From: Bacteroidia bacterium
GTDB taxonomy: Bacteria > Bacteroidota > Bacteroidia > SXHM01
Length of the DNA stretch: 64,000 nucleotides
Reading direction: 5' to 3'
NCBI GenBank assembly: GCA_050186075.1
Contig: JBFWYU010000006.1
Span: 77,291 to 141,290 of the forward strand
In this document: in pieces, positions 28,882 through 39,399 of the stretch
How positions within the stretch are numbered: position 1 is the stretch's first letter
How the letters are laid out: every line of letters starts with the position of its first letter
The notes under the pieces: model-generated
Seen by the model: the letters and a program-made list of their open reading frames with translations, nothing else
Databases searched by the model: none
Told to the model about the DNA's origin: nothing
Made by a program: the position numbers and the translations under genes

Positions 28882-29985
28882 ATGACAACACACCTTTCTT
28901 CCCTTATTTGCGCTGTGGTATTGCTTGCTTCCTGCTCGGGAGGTAAATCAAAAATAAGCGGCAACATTGAAAATGCTAAAAACGAAACATTGTTTTTTGA
29001 GCAACTGACTTCTACCAAAGTTAATAAACTGGATTCGGTAAAAATTGAAAAGAACGGAGATTTTAAAATGAATGTTAAAATTCCCGGATACGGATTTTAC
29101 CGTGTACGTTTAAGTGACAATAACTTTATTACACTATTGCTTGATTCAACTTCCAGCGTTGAGTTGACGGCTGATGCGTTAAACATGCAGGATGGGTATA
29201 CTATTAAAGGATCGCCCGAATCAGAGAAAATTGCCAACCTGTTTAATGGCATGAAACAAACCTTTGCAACCCGCGACTCATTAAGTAAGCTATATAATAT
29301 GCTGGCTCAGCAGGGCAAATTGGATTCTATTACTGCCGCATCGCTTACGTCTCAGTTCCTGTCTATTAATAAATCTAACAGAGACTATATTTTAAACTTC
29401 GCAAATGAAAACAGCAACTCACTGCTTCCTCTGTTAGCGGTGGAGTATTTAAATCAGCAGGAAGACGTAGCTGAAATAGCCAAGATAGTTGAAGGACTGA
29501 ATGCTAACTTCCCTAACTCGGATTATGTGAAACCGCTTGTGGCAAGAGTAAGTGAATTAAAACGTTTGGCTATCGGTTCAGAGGCTCCTGAAATTGTAGT
29601 AAGTGATCCCGAAGGCAAACAAATCAAGCTTTCGGATTTGCGGGGTAAGGTAGTGCTTATTGACTTCTGGGCTTCATGGTGCCGTCCGTGTCGTATGGAA
29701 AATCCAAATGTGGTAAAGGTTTATCAGAAATATAAAGACAAAGGCTTTGAGGTTTTCGGTGTTTCATTAGATAAAGGAAAACCTGAGTGGGTGGAGGCAA
29801 TTAAGCTGGACGGATTAACCTGGAAACACGGAAGCGAACTTGCGTTCTGGAATTCATCATTTGTGAAGACTTATAATATAGACGGCATTCCTAAAACGGT
29901 TCTTGTGGATAAAAACGGAATTATAATAGCCAAAGATTTACGTGGACCCCAACTTGAACAGAAACTTGCAGAAGTATTGAATTAA
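28882..29985 (+). CDS. TlpA-like thiol:disulfide oxidoreductase lipoprotein (thioredoxin fold, N-terminal DUF4369-like domain)
   Basis: Lipoprotein signal MTTHLSSLICAVVLLASCSG. Thioredoxin motif VLIDFWASWCRPCRMENP. Start taken at the internal ATG (the ORF begins at 28675 inside the divergent ABC gene). Confidence 0.75.
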   Translation: MTTHLSSLICAVVLLASCSGGKSKISGNIENAKNETLFFEQLTSTKVNKLDSVKIEKNGDFKMNVKIPGYGFYRVRLSDNNFITLLLDSTSSVELTADALNMQDGYTIKGSPESEKIANLFNGMKQTFATRDSLSKLYNMLAQQGKLDSITAASLTSQFLSINKSNRDYILNFANENSNSLLPLLAVEYLNQQEDVAEIAKIVEGLNANFPNSDYVKPLVARVSELKRLAIGSEAPEIVVSDPEGKQIKLSDLRGKVVLIDFWASWCRPCRMENPNVVKVYQKYKDKGFEVFGVSLDKGKPEWVEAIKLDGLTWKHGSELAFWNSSFVKTYNIDGIPKTVLVDKNGIIIAKDLRGPQLEQKLAEVLN

Positions 29986-29998
29986 ACTAAAATCATTT

Positions 29999-32900
29999 AT
30001 GAAAAAACTATTCTCGTCAATACTTTTTGCAATCCCATTCCTTGCCTCTGCTCAGGAGGAAACCCCCTATTTCCAACAGGAGGTAAACTACACCATTCAC
30101 GTAAAACTTGATGATGTAAAGCATGAGTTGAATGCCGACATCAGCATGGAATACATCAACAATTCGCCTGACTGGCTGGATGTGATTTATATTCACTTGT
30201 GGCCTAATGCATATAAAAACCACACTACCGCTTTGGCGAAACAGCAGGTGGAGAACGGTGAAACAAAACTGTATTATGCAAAAGAAGAAAACCGTGGCTA
30301 TATAGACAGCCTCAATTTTAAAGTAAACGGAACTGCAGTAAGATGGGAATACGATTCAAAGAACATAGACATCTGTAAATTGGTTTTGGCTGAGCCGTTG
30401 AAGCCTAAAGGAAAGCTAACCATCACTACTCCTTTTCATGTAAAAATCCCTTTGGGCGAATATTCACGCCTGGGGCATTTGGGGCAGAGCTACCAGATAA
30501 CACAGTGGTATCCCAAGCCGGCAGTGTATGACCGCAACGGCTGGAACCCCATGCCTTATTTAGATCAGGGAGAGTTTTATTCTGAGTTCGGAAGTTTTGA
30601 TGTGAGCATTACGCTGCCTAAAAACTATGTGCTGGGCGCAACAGGTGACATGGTGAATGGAGAAGCTGAACTGAAATGGCTGAATGAAATTGCTGAGCAA
30701 ACCAAAAATAAAACTTCGTTTGGTGACGGAAAAACATTTCCTAAATCATCGGACGAACTGAAAACGCTGCGTTTCAAGCAGAGTAAAGTGCATGACTTCG
30801 CCTGGTTTGCCGACAAGCGTTTCAATGTGTTGAAAGGCGAAGTGGAAATGCCTGAATCAAAACGCAAAGTAACAACGTGGGCAATGTTTACAGACGGAGA
30901 AGCAGACCTGTGGAGTAATTCAATTGAATACCTGAACGATGCTACATTGTTCTACTCACAGAAAGTAGGGGAGTATCCTTACAACCATGTAACTGCAGTT
31001 GACGGTGCACTGAGTGCAGGAGGCGGAATGGAGTATCCTAACATTACCGTTATCGGAACTTCGGGCGATAAACGAACGCTGGAACAAACCATTATGCACG
31101 AAGTGGGGCACAACTGGTTTTACGGAATATTGGGAAGTAACGAGCGTGTGCATCCCTGGTTAGATGAAGGTTTCAACTCTTTTATTGAAGGACGATACAT
31201 GCGCCATAAATATCCCAAAGCTACTTTCGGAGATGTGCTGGGTGGAAATCTTCCAGCACCGATTTTAAGATATTTAGGTGCAGATAAATTTCCGCAGGAA
31301 GCGATGGGTGAGTTGGCATATCTGTTTTCGGCACGCCAAAACCTTGATCAGCCGGTTGAGTTACATGCTGCGGACTATATGAAAATAAACTACGGAACCA
31401 TTGTATATATGAAGAGCGCCCTTATTATGGATTACCTGATGGGTTATTTGGGCGAGGAAAAAATGGATGCCATTATGCACAACTATTTTGACCAGTGGAA
31501 ATTCAAGCATCCGCAGCCCGAAGACTTTAAAAAAGTAGCAGAAGAGCGTGGCGGAGAATTGGACTGGTTCTTTAACGACATGGTAAACACCTCCAAAAAA
31601 TTAGACTACAGCGTTTGCTCCGTAAAAAAAGATGATGAACGCAAAACATGGAAACTGAAAGTACACAACTGCGGAAAGATTGCAGGTCCTGTTTCTATCT
31701 CTGCTTATAATAAGGACTCGCTGATGAAGACCGAATGGTTTGCCGGTTTTGTTGATTCTCGTACGCTGGAATTTCCTGAAGGCGATTACGACAAGTTTAT
31801 CATCAACGAAAAAGCTCCTGAGATTGATAAGAACAACAATACCATCCGCACCAAAGGGATGATGAGAACGATTGAGCCCTTGCAGATCAAATTCCTTGGA
31901 ACGCTGGAGCGCTCAGACCGCACGCAATTATTCTGGTCGCCCGTTATCGGTTGGAACAACTATAACAAGACATTGCTGGGAGCCGTTTTCTACAACAGCT
32001 TTTTTCCTGCCAATAAATTAGACTATACCGTAATGCCTTTATATGGAACAGGCAACAATGATTTTGCAGGTTACTTTAATGTGGGTTATACTTTCCGTCC
32101 TTCGGGTTCGTTTTTGCAGGAGTTAAGAATAGGTGTTGCAGGTCAACGTTACGGATATTTCTATCGTCCGGATGTAGGCTACCTTAATTATAATGTATTG
32201 AAACCCGAAATCAGTTTCAGCATTAAGAAAGACCCGCGCAGTTCCATCACACAGAGTTTCCGTTTCCGCCATATCAGTGTTTCAAAAGAAATACCAACGT
32301 TTGATGCTGCCGAAAACGGTTACGTAGGAACCGCTTCCTATTATTATGTAAACGACTACACGCAAAGTTTTGTGAACAACCGCAAAATAAATCCGTGGTC
32401 GGGAAAAATTAATGTGCAGCAGGGCAGAGGTTTTGTGAAAGCTTCGATTGAAGCCAAATACCGCATCAGCTATAAAGGAAAGAACAAAGGCTTTGACATC
32501 CGCTTATTTGCCGGACAGTTTTTTATCAAGAACAATACGGGCCCTTACCGCTTCCGTATGGCGGGTCAGCGCGGCTTTCAGGATTATTTGTTTGACGATA
32601 CCTTTTTGGGAAGAACCGATACCAAAGGTGTTTTCGCGCAACAGTTTACCGAAACCGATGGTAATTTTAAAGTGCCTACTTCAGTGGGACAAACCGATGA
32701 CTGGCTGATAGCTTTGAATTTGAAAACATCTATTCACCGCAAAATTCCGCTGAACATTTATGCCGATTTGGGAACGTATAAAAATGCGGCCAATGCTTAT
32801 CCCGGTTCAAAGTTTCTGATGTTTAATGCAGGACTTTCGGTGCCGGTTATTGCCAATGTGTTTGAGGTTTATTTCCCCTTGCTCAGTTCGTCTGATATTA

Positions 32901-33010
32901 ATGACAACCTTGAACTGATGACCAAGAACTATTGGCAGCGCATACGCTTCACGCTTAATTTCAACAACATTAATCCGTTGAAGAGGGTGAGAGCAATTAA
33001 GCCGAATTAG
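29999..33010 (+). CDS. M1-family zinc metallopeptidase (aminopeptidase N-like), secreted
   Basis: Signal peptide. Gluzincin motif HEVGHNWFYGILGSNERVHPWLDEGFNSF (HExxH ... E). 1003 aa. Confidence 0.8.
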   Translation: MKKLFSSILFAIPFLASAQEETPYFQQEVNYTIHVKLDDVKHELNADISMEYINNSPDWLDVIYIHLWPNAYKNHTTALAKQQVENGETKLYYAKEENRGYIDSLNFKVNGTAVRWEYDSKNIDICKLVLAEPLKPKGKLTITTPFHVKIPLGEYSRLGHLGQSYQITQWYPKPAVYDRNGWNPMPYLDQGEFYSEFGSFDVSITLPKNYVLGATGDMVNGEAELKWLNEIAEQTKNKTSFGDGKTFPKSSDELKTLRFKQSKVHDFAWFADKRFNVLKGEVEMPESKRKVTTWAMFTDGEADLWSNSIEYLNDATLFYSQKVGEYPYNHVTAVDGALSAGGGMEYPNITVIGTSGDKRTLEQTIMHEVGHNWFYGILGSNERVHPWLDEGFNSFIEGRYMRHKYPKATFGDVLGGNLPAPILRYLGADKFPQEAMGELAYLFSARQNLDQPVELHAADYMKINYGTIVYMKSALIMDYLMGYLGEEKMDAIMHNYFDQWKFKHPQPEDFKKVAEERGGELDWFFNDMVNTSKKLDYSVCSVKKDDERKTWKLKVHNCGKIAGPVSISAYNKDSLMKTEWFAGFVDSRTLEFPEGDYDKFIINEKAPEIDKNNNTIRTKGMMRTIEPLQIKFLGTLERSDRTQLFWSPVIGWNNYNKTLLGAVFYNSFFPANKLDYTVMPLYGTGNNDFAGYFNVGYTFRPSGSFLQELRIGVAGQRYGYFYRPDVGYLNYNVLKPEISFSIKKDPRSSITQSFRFRHISVSKEIPTFDAAENGYVGTASYYYVNDYTQSFVNNRKINPWSGKINVQQGRGFVKASIEAKYRISYKGKNKGFDIRLFAGQFFIKNNTGPYRFRMAGQRGFQDYLFDDTFLGRTDTKGVFAQQFTETDGNFKVPTSVGQTDDWLIALNLKTSIHRKIPLNIYADLGTYKNAANAYPGSKFLMFNAGLSVPVIANVFEVYFPLLSSSDINDNLELMTKNYWQRIRFTLNFNNINPLKRVRAIKPN

Positions 33011-33016
33011 AATTTC

Positions 33017-33199
33017 ATGTGCATGAAACCGCTTACAACAAAAAATGCTGCTTTGGGTATCGGCAGGAAATTTACGGATGATGAGTTGAGTGAATATCTG
33101 GAAAGGACAAAATCTCGGAAATCAAAATCTGCTTCCCAAACAAAGCTTGATTTAAAATCACGCTTAATGAAAACACTAAAAGATGACCGTTCTTTTTAA
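33017..33199 (+). CDS. putative antitoxin (small basic protein upstream of and overlapping a ParE-like toxin gene)
   Basis: 60-aa ORF overlapping the next gene by 17 nt in classic TA arrangement. Assignment is by context only. Confidence 0.3.
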   Translation: MCMKPLTTKNAALGIGRKFTDDELSEYLERTKSRKSKSASQTKLDLKSRLMKTLKDDRSF

Positions 33200-33467
33200 G
33201 CCGGAGGCAGAAGAAGCGCTTTTCGAAATTTCAAAATGGGTGGAAGAGCAGGAAGGCTCCGGCAGCGGTATTAAGTTTGCTGAAGAGTTTATTGACAGGA
33301 TTTCAGAGTTTGTTATACCCGATTTTAAGTATGCCCGTTGTTTTAATGCTTCACTCGCAGCTCTTAACCTCAGATGCATTGCTATTAAAGACTGGGTAAT
33401 TGCCTTTAAACAAACCAAAGACGAATTTATAGTCCACTATATTATTTATGGTCCGGGCTTAAAATGA
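33183..33467 (+). CDS. putative ParE/RelE-family type II toxin
   Basis: 94 aa. N-terminal acidic helix (PEAEEALFEISKWVEEQ) and a C-terminal LRCIAIKDWVIAFKQTKDEFIVHYIIYG segment resembling the RelE/ParE beta-sheet core. Confidence 0.45.
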   Translation: MTVLFKPEAEEALFEISKWVEEQEGSGSGIKFAEEFIDRISEFVIPDFKYARCFNASLAALNLRCIAIKDWVIAFKQTKDEFIVHYIIYGPGLK

Positions 33468-33475
33468 TGTAGCCT

Positions 33476-35575
33476 TTACTCCGGATGATAAATCCTCTCC
33501 GCGCTTTTATAAACATCCTCTTTTTTGAGCGACATTTTTTTCATGCGGTGTTCCGAGAATAAGGGCATCTGGTCAGTATAGTGTTTACTGTACGGCATAC
33601 TGGATGCACCAAACGCATTGATGGATTCTATCTGCGGACCTTCTCTGGTAAACTGCACCAACTGAACGTAACCGTCACCGGCTTTCATGCGGATGCGGCC
33701 ATCGGGTAAAATATCACCAAACACAGCACGTATGGCATCGGGCCCTCCGTTAATTCCGTAAAATTTTCCCGCACGCTCCAACACTTGCACTTTTCCGGTA
33801 GGAACATCAATGGTTCCGAAATGCTTGACTAAATGTTCCTTTGATTCGCGGATGCAGGCAACTGCTAATGCTTCCATTTTTGCATCGTCTTTTTCAACAC
33901 CTTGTCTGCGCTCACCGGGTCCCTGCAATAAGCGGTAAATTGAAAAAAGAAAAACCGGAAAATTGCGGTCAAGTGTATCAGCTGTGCGGTCAAAGTTTTT
34001 AATCCGGATAATGGCATCTGCTATGTCGGGATACTTTGCCGTGTCTAACTGAAAGAATTTATCCATCCAGAAATCGCCTTTAAAGGTTGTTCGCTTAGGA
34101 AAAGTATGATCGTATTTCAGGTCTTTAAAATTCTGATAACTAAGTGTTGAATTGGCGTATTTCTCATTCATTATTTCTTCAAAGCGCAGACTGCGGTTGT
34201 TGTATTGCTCAACATATCCGATGCCGGGATTGAATTGCGGAAGGGTGCAATTGTTATCATCGCAGGTGGCTTCATACCCTGCGTTGTTGGTATTGAATAC
34301 ATAACCGCAATCGGGATTCAGAAAATGTGCAAGGCTGTCAATGGGCAGGTATTTTTTATCCCAAAGTGTTGCAGAAGTATCACCCGGCAAAACTTTTTTC
34401 CAGTTGTAATGTCTGTCGCGGTGGGGTATTAAACCGTTGGCGATAAAAAAGATGGTATCGTTTTTATCGGCATAGGTAATGTTCTGGCGCGATAAGCCCT
34501 GCACATCCAGTGCCTTTTTGAACTCGGTAAAGTTGCGTGCCTTGTTCATGCGAAACCATTGCACCGATGGTTTCAGTTCCAGCAATGCGGGCATGCGCAG
34601 TGCAAAAACTCCGTTATCGTTTTTCATAGTGGGGCCATATACACTGGTCCAGTATTTTTTGCGCACATGCAGTTTAAAGTTTTTCTTTTTGCCCAATGCC
34701 ACAATCAGTTTGGCGCGGTGCGTTTCTAGTTTTTTCCATTCGCCATCAAACTTGTACCGGTTCTTTTTGCGTGGGTGCATGTTCAGTTTGTAAACATCAA
34801 TCTCGTCCAGTTGACCGGTAGTATGCGCCCAGCCAAGGTTTTCGTTCGTGCCCAGAAAAATGGTTGCCGAGCCGTGAAACAGCGCTCCTACAATATTCCA
34901 GCCTTCTTCGCTGCACACATGCGCCTCGTACCACGATAGCAAACCCTCAATCGGCTGATGCGCATTCACCGCCAGGTAGGTATTTCCGGTTTCGGTTTTG
35001 GTAGAGTTAAACGCAAAAGCATTGGAGCCAATTCCGTCTTCGGGCTTTGGCATGTCTTTAATGATGCGGCCATCCACCATTTTTTTTACCGTGCCTTCCA
35101 CACCGCCCATCAGCGCCATGCCCAGCATGTAGCCTGCCACCAAGTGTTGCGGACGAATGGGCAAAAGTTTTTTGTCCCACATTTTTTCGGGATGCGCGGT
35201 ATAATAGGCATTGGCACCGGCTGCATAGCCTTCCAGTACGCGTTTGAAATCTTCGGGTATTTCTTTCTCGTAGTTTGCCTCTACATAGTCCATCGTGCCC
35301 AGAAACTGAATGGCAAAATCTATTTTAGCTCCTTCCATACCCAGGCCCTTGCCCAGCAAACCTTTTATGGCACTCAGCAGATATTGCGAGTTGCTGGTAT
35401 CGTCTTCGGCTGTAGCCCATGCCAGACCAAATGCAGCTTCAGCATCGGTTTTCCCGAAAATGTGTGGCACTCCAAAACTGTCGCGCACAATTTCAATGTT
35501 TTTAGGGTTGATGGTTTGCGCTGAAAGAGAAGAAATAAACAACAGGTAACAGGCGATAGACAAAGAAAAGCGCAT
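33476..35575 (-). CDS. penicillin acylase family (Ntn-hydrolase, peptidase S45; possible AHL acylase) - paralog 1
   Basis: Signal peptide. N-terminal RDSFGVPHIFGKTDAEAAFGLAWATAEDD and overall 699-aa length typical of PvdQ/PGA-type acylases. Paralogous to 49069..51135. Confidence 0.75.
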   Translation of the reverse strand: MRFSLSIACYLLFISSLSAQTINPKNIEIVRDSFGVPHIFGKTDAEAAFGLAWATAEDDTSNSQYLLSAIKGLLGKGLGMEGAKIDFAIQFLGTMDYVEANYEKEIPEDFKRVLEGYAAGANAYYTAHPEKMWDKKLLPIRPQHLVAGYMLGMALMGGVEGTVKKMVDGRIIKDMPKPEDGIGSNAFAFNSTKTETGNTYLAVNAHQPIEGLLSWYEAHVCSEEGWNIVGALFHGSATIFLGTNENLGWAHTTGQLDEIDVYKLNMHPRKKNRYKFDGEWKKLETHRAKLIVALGKKKNFKLHVRKKYWTSVYGPTMKNDNGVFALRMPALLELKPSVQWFRMNKARNFTEFKKALDVQGLSRQNITYADKNDTIFFIANGLIPHRDRHYNWKKVLPGDTSATLWDKKYLPIDSLAHFLNPDCGYVFNTNNAGYEATCDDNNCTLPQFNPGIGYVEQYNNRSLRFEEIMNEKYANSTLSYQNFKDLKYDHTFPKRTTFKGDFWMDKFFQLDTAKYPDIADAIIRIKNFDRTADTLDRNFPVFLFSIYRLLQGPGERRQGVEKDDAKMEALAVACIRESKEHLVKHFGTIDVPTGKVQVLERAGKFYGINGGPDAIRAVFGDILPDGRIRMKAGDGYVQLVQFTREGPQIESINAFGASSMPYSKHYTDQMPLFSEHRMKKMSLKKEDVYKSAERIYHPE

Positions 35576-35771
35576 AAGAAGAAATTTTTTGCCGAAAATA
35601 GAGCAAATCAGAAAGCAAATGACAGGTAAGTGAAATGGATTTTACTGAATGTTTGGATGTGCCCTATTCTGAAAAAAATAATTAACGACATAATAAGGAT
35701 TAATATCCTGAAAAAGAAGTAGTTTGTCCGTTATTATAACCCGCTGAACCTCTTCTTAAAACCTCAAAAAC

Positions 35772-36162
35772 CTTGCAGCGGACCTCAAGTCCGTTGCAGC
35801 GGAGTTGAGGTCCGCTGCTCAGATTCTCGATTCCCTAGCAGCGGAACAGAGGTTCTTTGCAAAAAGGTTGAGGTTCTTTGCAAGAATGTTGAGGTTTCTT
35901 CCAAGAATGTTAAGATTTCTTGCAAGAAGGTTGAGGTTTCTTCCAAGAGGGTTAAGGTTCTTTGCAAAAAGGTTAAGGTTCTTTGCAAAAAGGTTGAGGT
36001 TCTTTGCAAGAATGTTAAGGTTTCTTGCAAGAAGGTTGATGTTTCTTCCAAGATGGTTAAGGTTCTTTGCAACGGGGAATGAGTCCGTTGCAGCGGAACG
36101 GGGGGGCTTTGCAAAAAGGTTGGGGTTTCTTCCAAGAAAGTTGTGGTTTTGTGCTCGAGGTT
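35772..36162. repeat. about 18 tandem copies of a degenerate 21-bp unit, consensus aaGAAnGTTgAGGTTtCTTgC
   Basis: Direct reading shows a strict 21-bp period from ~35850 to 36075, with GC-richer degenerate copies at both ends. The array is intergenic, between the acylase gene and the hppA promoter. All six frames are open across it, which produces spurious ORFs. Confidence 0.8.
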
Positions 36163-36259
36163 TACATTTTTTACACAAATAGTATTTACCCAAATTCAAT
36201 AGCCGATTAGCACTGTCAACTCTTTTCCTCCCTCCCTTTGCATAATTTCTTTTTAATAA

Positions 36260-36267
36260 TACCTTTG
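36260..36267 (+). promoter_or_regulatory. -7 promoter box TACCTTTG (followed by CGCCCC) upstream of hppA
   Basis: Exact TAnnTTTG match ~40 bp upstream of the ATG at 36309. Confidence 0.4.
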
Positions 36268-36308
36268 CGCCCCTCAAAAAAACTAAACAATAACAATTAA
36301 ATAAGGAT

Positions 36309-38639
36309 ATGGAAAATCTGATTTACATTCTTCCCGTGTTTGGATTGGTAGCATTGGCTTACATGGCCATACTTTCAAGCTGGGTAACAAAACAAGATGC
36401 AGGCGATGCAAAAATGACAGGCATTGCAAAAAACATTGCCGATGGCGCTATGGCTTTCCTGAAAGCTGAGTACCGTATTCTGGCTATCTATGTATTATTG
36501 GCAGGAACAGCATTGGGTATCCTTTCGCAGGTTCCTAAAGTGGCTGTTCATTCAAGCATTCTGATTGTGCTTGCTTTTGTAATTGGATGTTTCTTTTCAG
36601 CGCTTGCCGGATTTCTGGGAATGCGCATAGCAACCAAAGCCAACGTGCGTACCACGCAGGCAGCTAAAACCTCATTGGCTAAAGCATTGAAAGTTTCTTT
36701 CGGTGGCGGAACCGTGATGGGATTAGGTGTAGCAGGTCTGGCGGTGTTGGGCTTAAGCTCACTCTTTATCATTTTCTTCCTTCAGTTCATGGGCGGTGAT
36801 TTTGCAACCGGTGGCGGATACGATGGCATGACCAAAGTGCTGGAAGTATTGGCAGGTTTCTCTTTGGGTGCCGAATCAATTGCTTTGTTTGCACGCGTAG
36901 GCGGAGGTATTTATACCAAAGCTGCTGACGTAGGTGCTGACCTGGTTGGTAAAGTGGAAGCTGGAATTCCTGAAGACGATCCGCGCAACCCTGCTACCAT
37001 TGCCGATAACGTAGGCGATAACGTAGGTGACGTTGCGGGTATGGGTGCCGACTTGTTCGGTTCCTATGTGGCTACCGTATTGGCTTCAATGGTATTGGGT
37101 AACTACATTATCCGTGATAACGGAGGTCATATTGCTGACAGCTTCGGAAGCATTGGTCCAATCCTGTTGCCTATAGCTATTGCGGGAGTTGGTATCATTG
37201 CTTCTATCATCGGTAGCTTTTTAGTAAGTGTAAAAGAAAATGCAAAAGCAGATGTAAACACCGTGCAGAGTGCTTTGAACCGCGGAAACAACGTGGCTAT
37301 GTTATTGGCGCTTGCGGCTTCTTACTTCCTTATTAATCTCATGTTACCTGAAACTATCCTGATGAGTGCATTCAATCACGGTGAATTCAGCGTAATGACC
37401 ACTTCATCTATTAATGTATTCTTTGCAGTATGTATTGGTATGGCAGTTGGATACCTGATCTCTTACATCACTGAATATTATACCGGCTTGGGTGGCAAAC
37501 CTGTTCTGGGTATCGTTCAGAAATCGGCAACCGGTGCAGCTACTAATATTATAGCAGGTCTGGGAACAGGAATGCTTTCAACAGCTTTCCCGGTTATCAT
37601 TTTCGCAGCAGCTATCTGGGGCGCTTATGCCTTGGCAGGTTTCTACGGAGTGGGTATTGCTGCATCAGCAATGATGGCTACAACAGCTATGCAACTGGCG
37701 GTTGATGCCTTCGGACCTATTGCCGATAACGCAGGTGGTATTGCCGAAATGAGCGAATTGCCTAAAGAAGTGCGTGAAAAAACAGACGTGCTCGACTCGG
37801 TTGGTAACACAACCGCTGCTGTTGGAAAAGGATTTGCCATTGCTTCTGCGGCATTGACTGCACTCGCTTTGTTTGCTGCTTACGTTACCTTAACTGGCAT
37901 TCACGGTATCAATATTTTTGACGCGAAAGTGCTGGCAGCTTTATTCATCGGTGGTATGATACCGGTTGTGTTCTCTGCCCTGGCAATGAACTCAGTTGGT
38001 AAAGCTGCCATGGACATGGTAAACGAAGTTCGCAGACAGTTCCGCGAAATTCCGGGTATCCTGGAAGGAACAGGAACACCTGAATACGATAAATGTGTGG
38101 AGATTTCTACCAAAGCTGCTTTGCGCGAGATGTTGGCTCCGGGAGCTATCACTATTGTTACTCCTATTATTATAGGTCTGGGCATGGGCGCTGAAGCGCT
38201 GGGTGCTTACATGGCAGGTGTTACTGTTAGCGGTGTGCTTTGGGCTATCTTCCAGAATAACGCAGGTGGCGCATGGGACAATGCCAAAAAATCATTCGAG
38301 AAAGGTGTGGAGATTGAAGTGAACGGAAAGAAAGAAATGTTCTACAAAAAATCAGAGCCGCATAAAGCTGCCGTTGTTGGTGATACAGTTGGAGATCCTT
38401 TCAAAGATACTTCAGGTCCGTCAATGAACATTTTGATTAAACTTTCATCACTGGTTGGTTTAACCATTGCACCTTTAATTGCAGTGGAGCATGTTGTAAA
38501 ACACGAAGAACCGAATGCAGTTGTTTCTCCTGCTACTTCATCATTAAATGAAAACACAGAGAAGAACATCACTATCACCGATATCAACGGTGCAGGAACG
38601 GTGAAAGAAGAAGAGAAAGCAACTTCGGTAACGGAGTAA
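36309..38639 (+). CDS. hppA: membrane-bound proton/sodium-translocating pyrophosphatase (V-type H+-PPase)
   Basis: 776 aa, ~16 TM helices. H+-PPase signatures GGG(I)[16 protein letters not shown] and DNVGDNVGD(V)AGMGADLF. Confidence 0.9.
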   Translation: MENLIYILPVFGLVALAYMAILSSWVTKQDAGDAKMTGIAKNIADGAMAFLKAEYRILAIYVLLAGTALGILSQVPKVAVHSSILIVLAFVIGCFFSALAGFLGMRIATKANVRTTQAAKTSLAKALKVSFGGGTVMGLGVAGLAVLGLSSLFIIFFLQFMGGDFATGGGYDGMTKVLEVLAGFSLGAESIALFARVGGGIYTKAADVGADLVGKVEAGIPEDDPRNPATIADNVGDNVGDVAGMGADLFGSYVATVLASMVLGNYIIRDNGGHIADSFGSIGPILLPIAIAGVGIIASIIGSFLVSVKENAKADVNTVQSALNRGNNVAMLLALAASYFLINLMLPETILMSAFNHGEFSVMTTSSINVFFAVCIGMAVGYLISYITEYYTGLGGKPVLGIVQKSATGAATNIIAGLGTGMLSTAFPVIIFAAAIWGAYALAGFYGVGIAASAMMATTAMQLAVDAFGPIADNAGGIAEMSELPKEVREKTDVLDSVGNTTAAVGKGFAIASAALTALALFAAYVTLTGIHGINIFDAKVLAALFIGGMIPVVFSALAMNSVGKAAMDMVNEVRRQFREIPGILEGTGTPEYDKCVEISTKAALREMLAPGAITIVTPIIIGLGMGAEALGAYMAGVTVSGVLWAIFQNNAGGAWDNAKKSFEKGVEIEVNGKKEMFYKKSEPHKAAVVGDTVGDPFKDTSGPSMNILIKLSSLVGLTIAPLIAVEHVVKHEEPNAVVSPATSSLNENTEKNITITDINGAGTVKEEEKATSVTE

Positions 38640-38670
38640 TCTATTAACAATACGCTATTAAAAACAAAAA

Positions 38671-38703
38671 AGTCCCCTCGCCTAAGGCGAGGGGACTTTT
38701 TTG
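38671..38703 (+). terminator. rho-independent terminator of hppA
   Basis: Perfect 12-bp stem agtcccctcgcc/ggcgaggggact with a 3-nt loop, followed by TTTTTTGTT. Confidence 0.8.
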
Positions 38704-38732
38704 TTGCAAAAACTTAGTGCTATCTTTGCGAT

Positions 38733-39023
38733 ATGACTTCTACAGAGATCATAAAAACTTTACGGGAGCAAATGCCTTTGATGCGCCAACAATTCAGTGT
38801 TGACCGGATAGGACTGTTTGGCTCATACTCACGCAACGAGCAAACTGAAAGTTCAGATATTGATGTGTTGGTGAAGTTCAATAAACATGATTTGAAATCA
38901 TTGATAGGTCTGCTTGATTTTCTTGAAGCCAGATTGCAAAAAAAAGTAGACATCGTAACAGACGGGAAGCAACTGAGCGAACGATTTAAAAAACACGTTC
39001 AGTCTGAAATTATCTATGCGTAA
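38733..39023 (+). CDS. nucleotidyltransferase-domain protein, MNT-type antitoxin of a HepT/MNT pair
   Basis: Minimal nucleotidyltransferase motif GLFGSYSRNEQTESSDIDVLV. Overlaps the downstream HepT-like gene by 8 nt. Confidence 0.7.
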   Translation: MTSTEIIKTLREQMPLMRQQFSVDRIGLFGSYSRNEQTESSDIDVLVKFNKHDLKSLIGLLDFLEARLQKKVDIVTDGKQLSERFKKHVQSEIIYA

Positions 39024-39384
39024 CGAGCTGCTGATTTCAAAATTTGAGTTTATCCTTGATTCCGTTTCTCTTATTCAAACCTGGTTCAGCGAAATAAAAA
39101 CTGCTGATGATTACCTGAAAACTTCTTCCGGGCGCTCACACTTTGATGCAACGCTTATGCGTCTGCAAAGCATTGGTGAAACCTTGAAGAAGATTGATAA
39201 AGAGAACCCTGAAATCCTTCAAAAGCATAACGAAGTAAACTGGCACGAAATAATTAAGTTGCGTGAAATAATTTCGCATCATTACGAGCAGTTAAGCCCT
39301 GAAATTATCTACAATATTTGTCGTTATGATATTCCTGATCTCAAAACAAGTGTCGAGCGTATAATTGCAACATTGAATGAATAA
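39016..39384 (+). CDS. DUF86 / HepT-like HEPN ribonuclease toxin
   Basis: HEPN Rx4HxY motif in LREIISHHYEQL. 122 aa. Paired with the upstream MNT gene. Confidence 0.7.
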   Translation: MRNELLISKFEFILDSVSLIQTWFSEIKTADDYLKTSSGRSHFDATLMRLQSIGETLKKIDKENPEILQKHNEVNWHEIIKLREIISHHYEQLSPEIIYNICRYDIPDLKTSVERIIATLNE

Positions 39385-39399
39385 AAACTGCTAACCCCG

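Noticed and set aside
35772-36162. Possible CRISPR array
   Set aside because: Units are contiguous with no unique spacers (21-bp period, degenerate copies) and no cas genes are nearby. It is a tandem minisatellite, not CRISPR.
35785-36277. Three overlapping ORFs (116, 125 and 152 aa) through the 21-bp repeat array, including a minus-strand ORF with an attractive NLNLFAK heptad repeat
   Set aside because: The repeat unit is a multiple of 3 and contains no stop codons, so every frame is open on both strands. The 152-aa ORF would start 32 bp from the hppA ATG and overlap its -7 promoter box. This is DNA-level repetition, not a coiled-coil gene.
38720-38953. 77-aa minus-strand ORF antisense to the MNT antitoxin gene
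   Set aside because: It overlaps a motif-supported gene entirely and has no start context.
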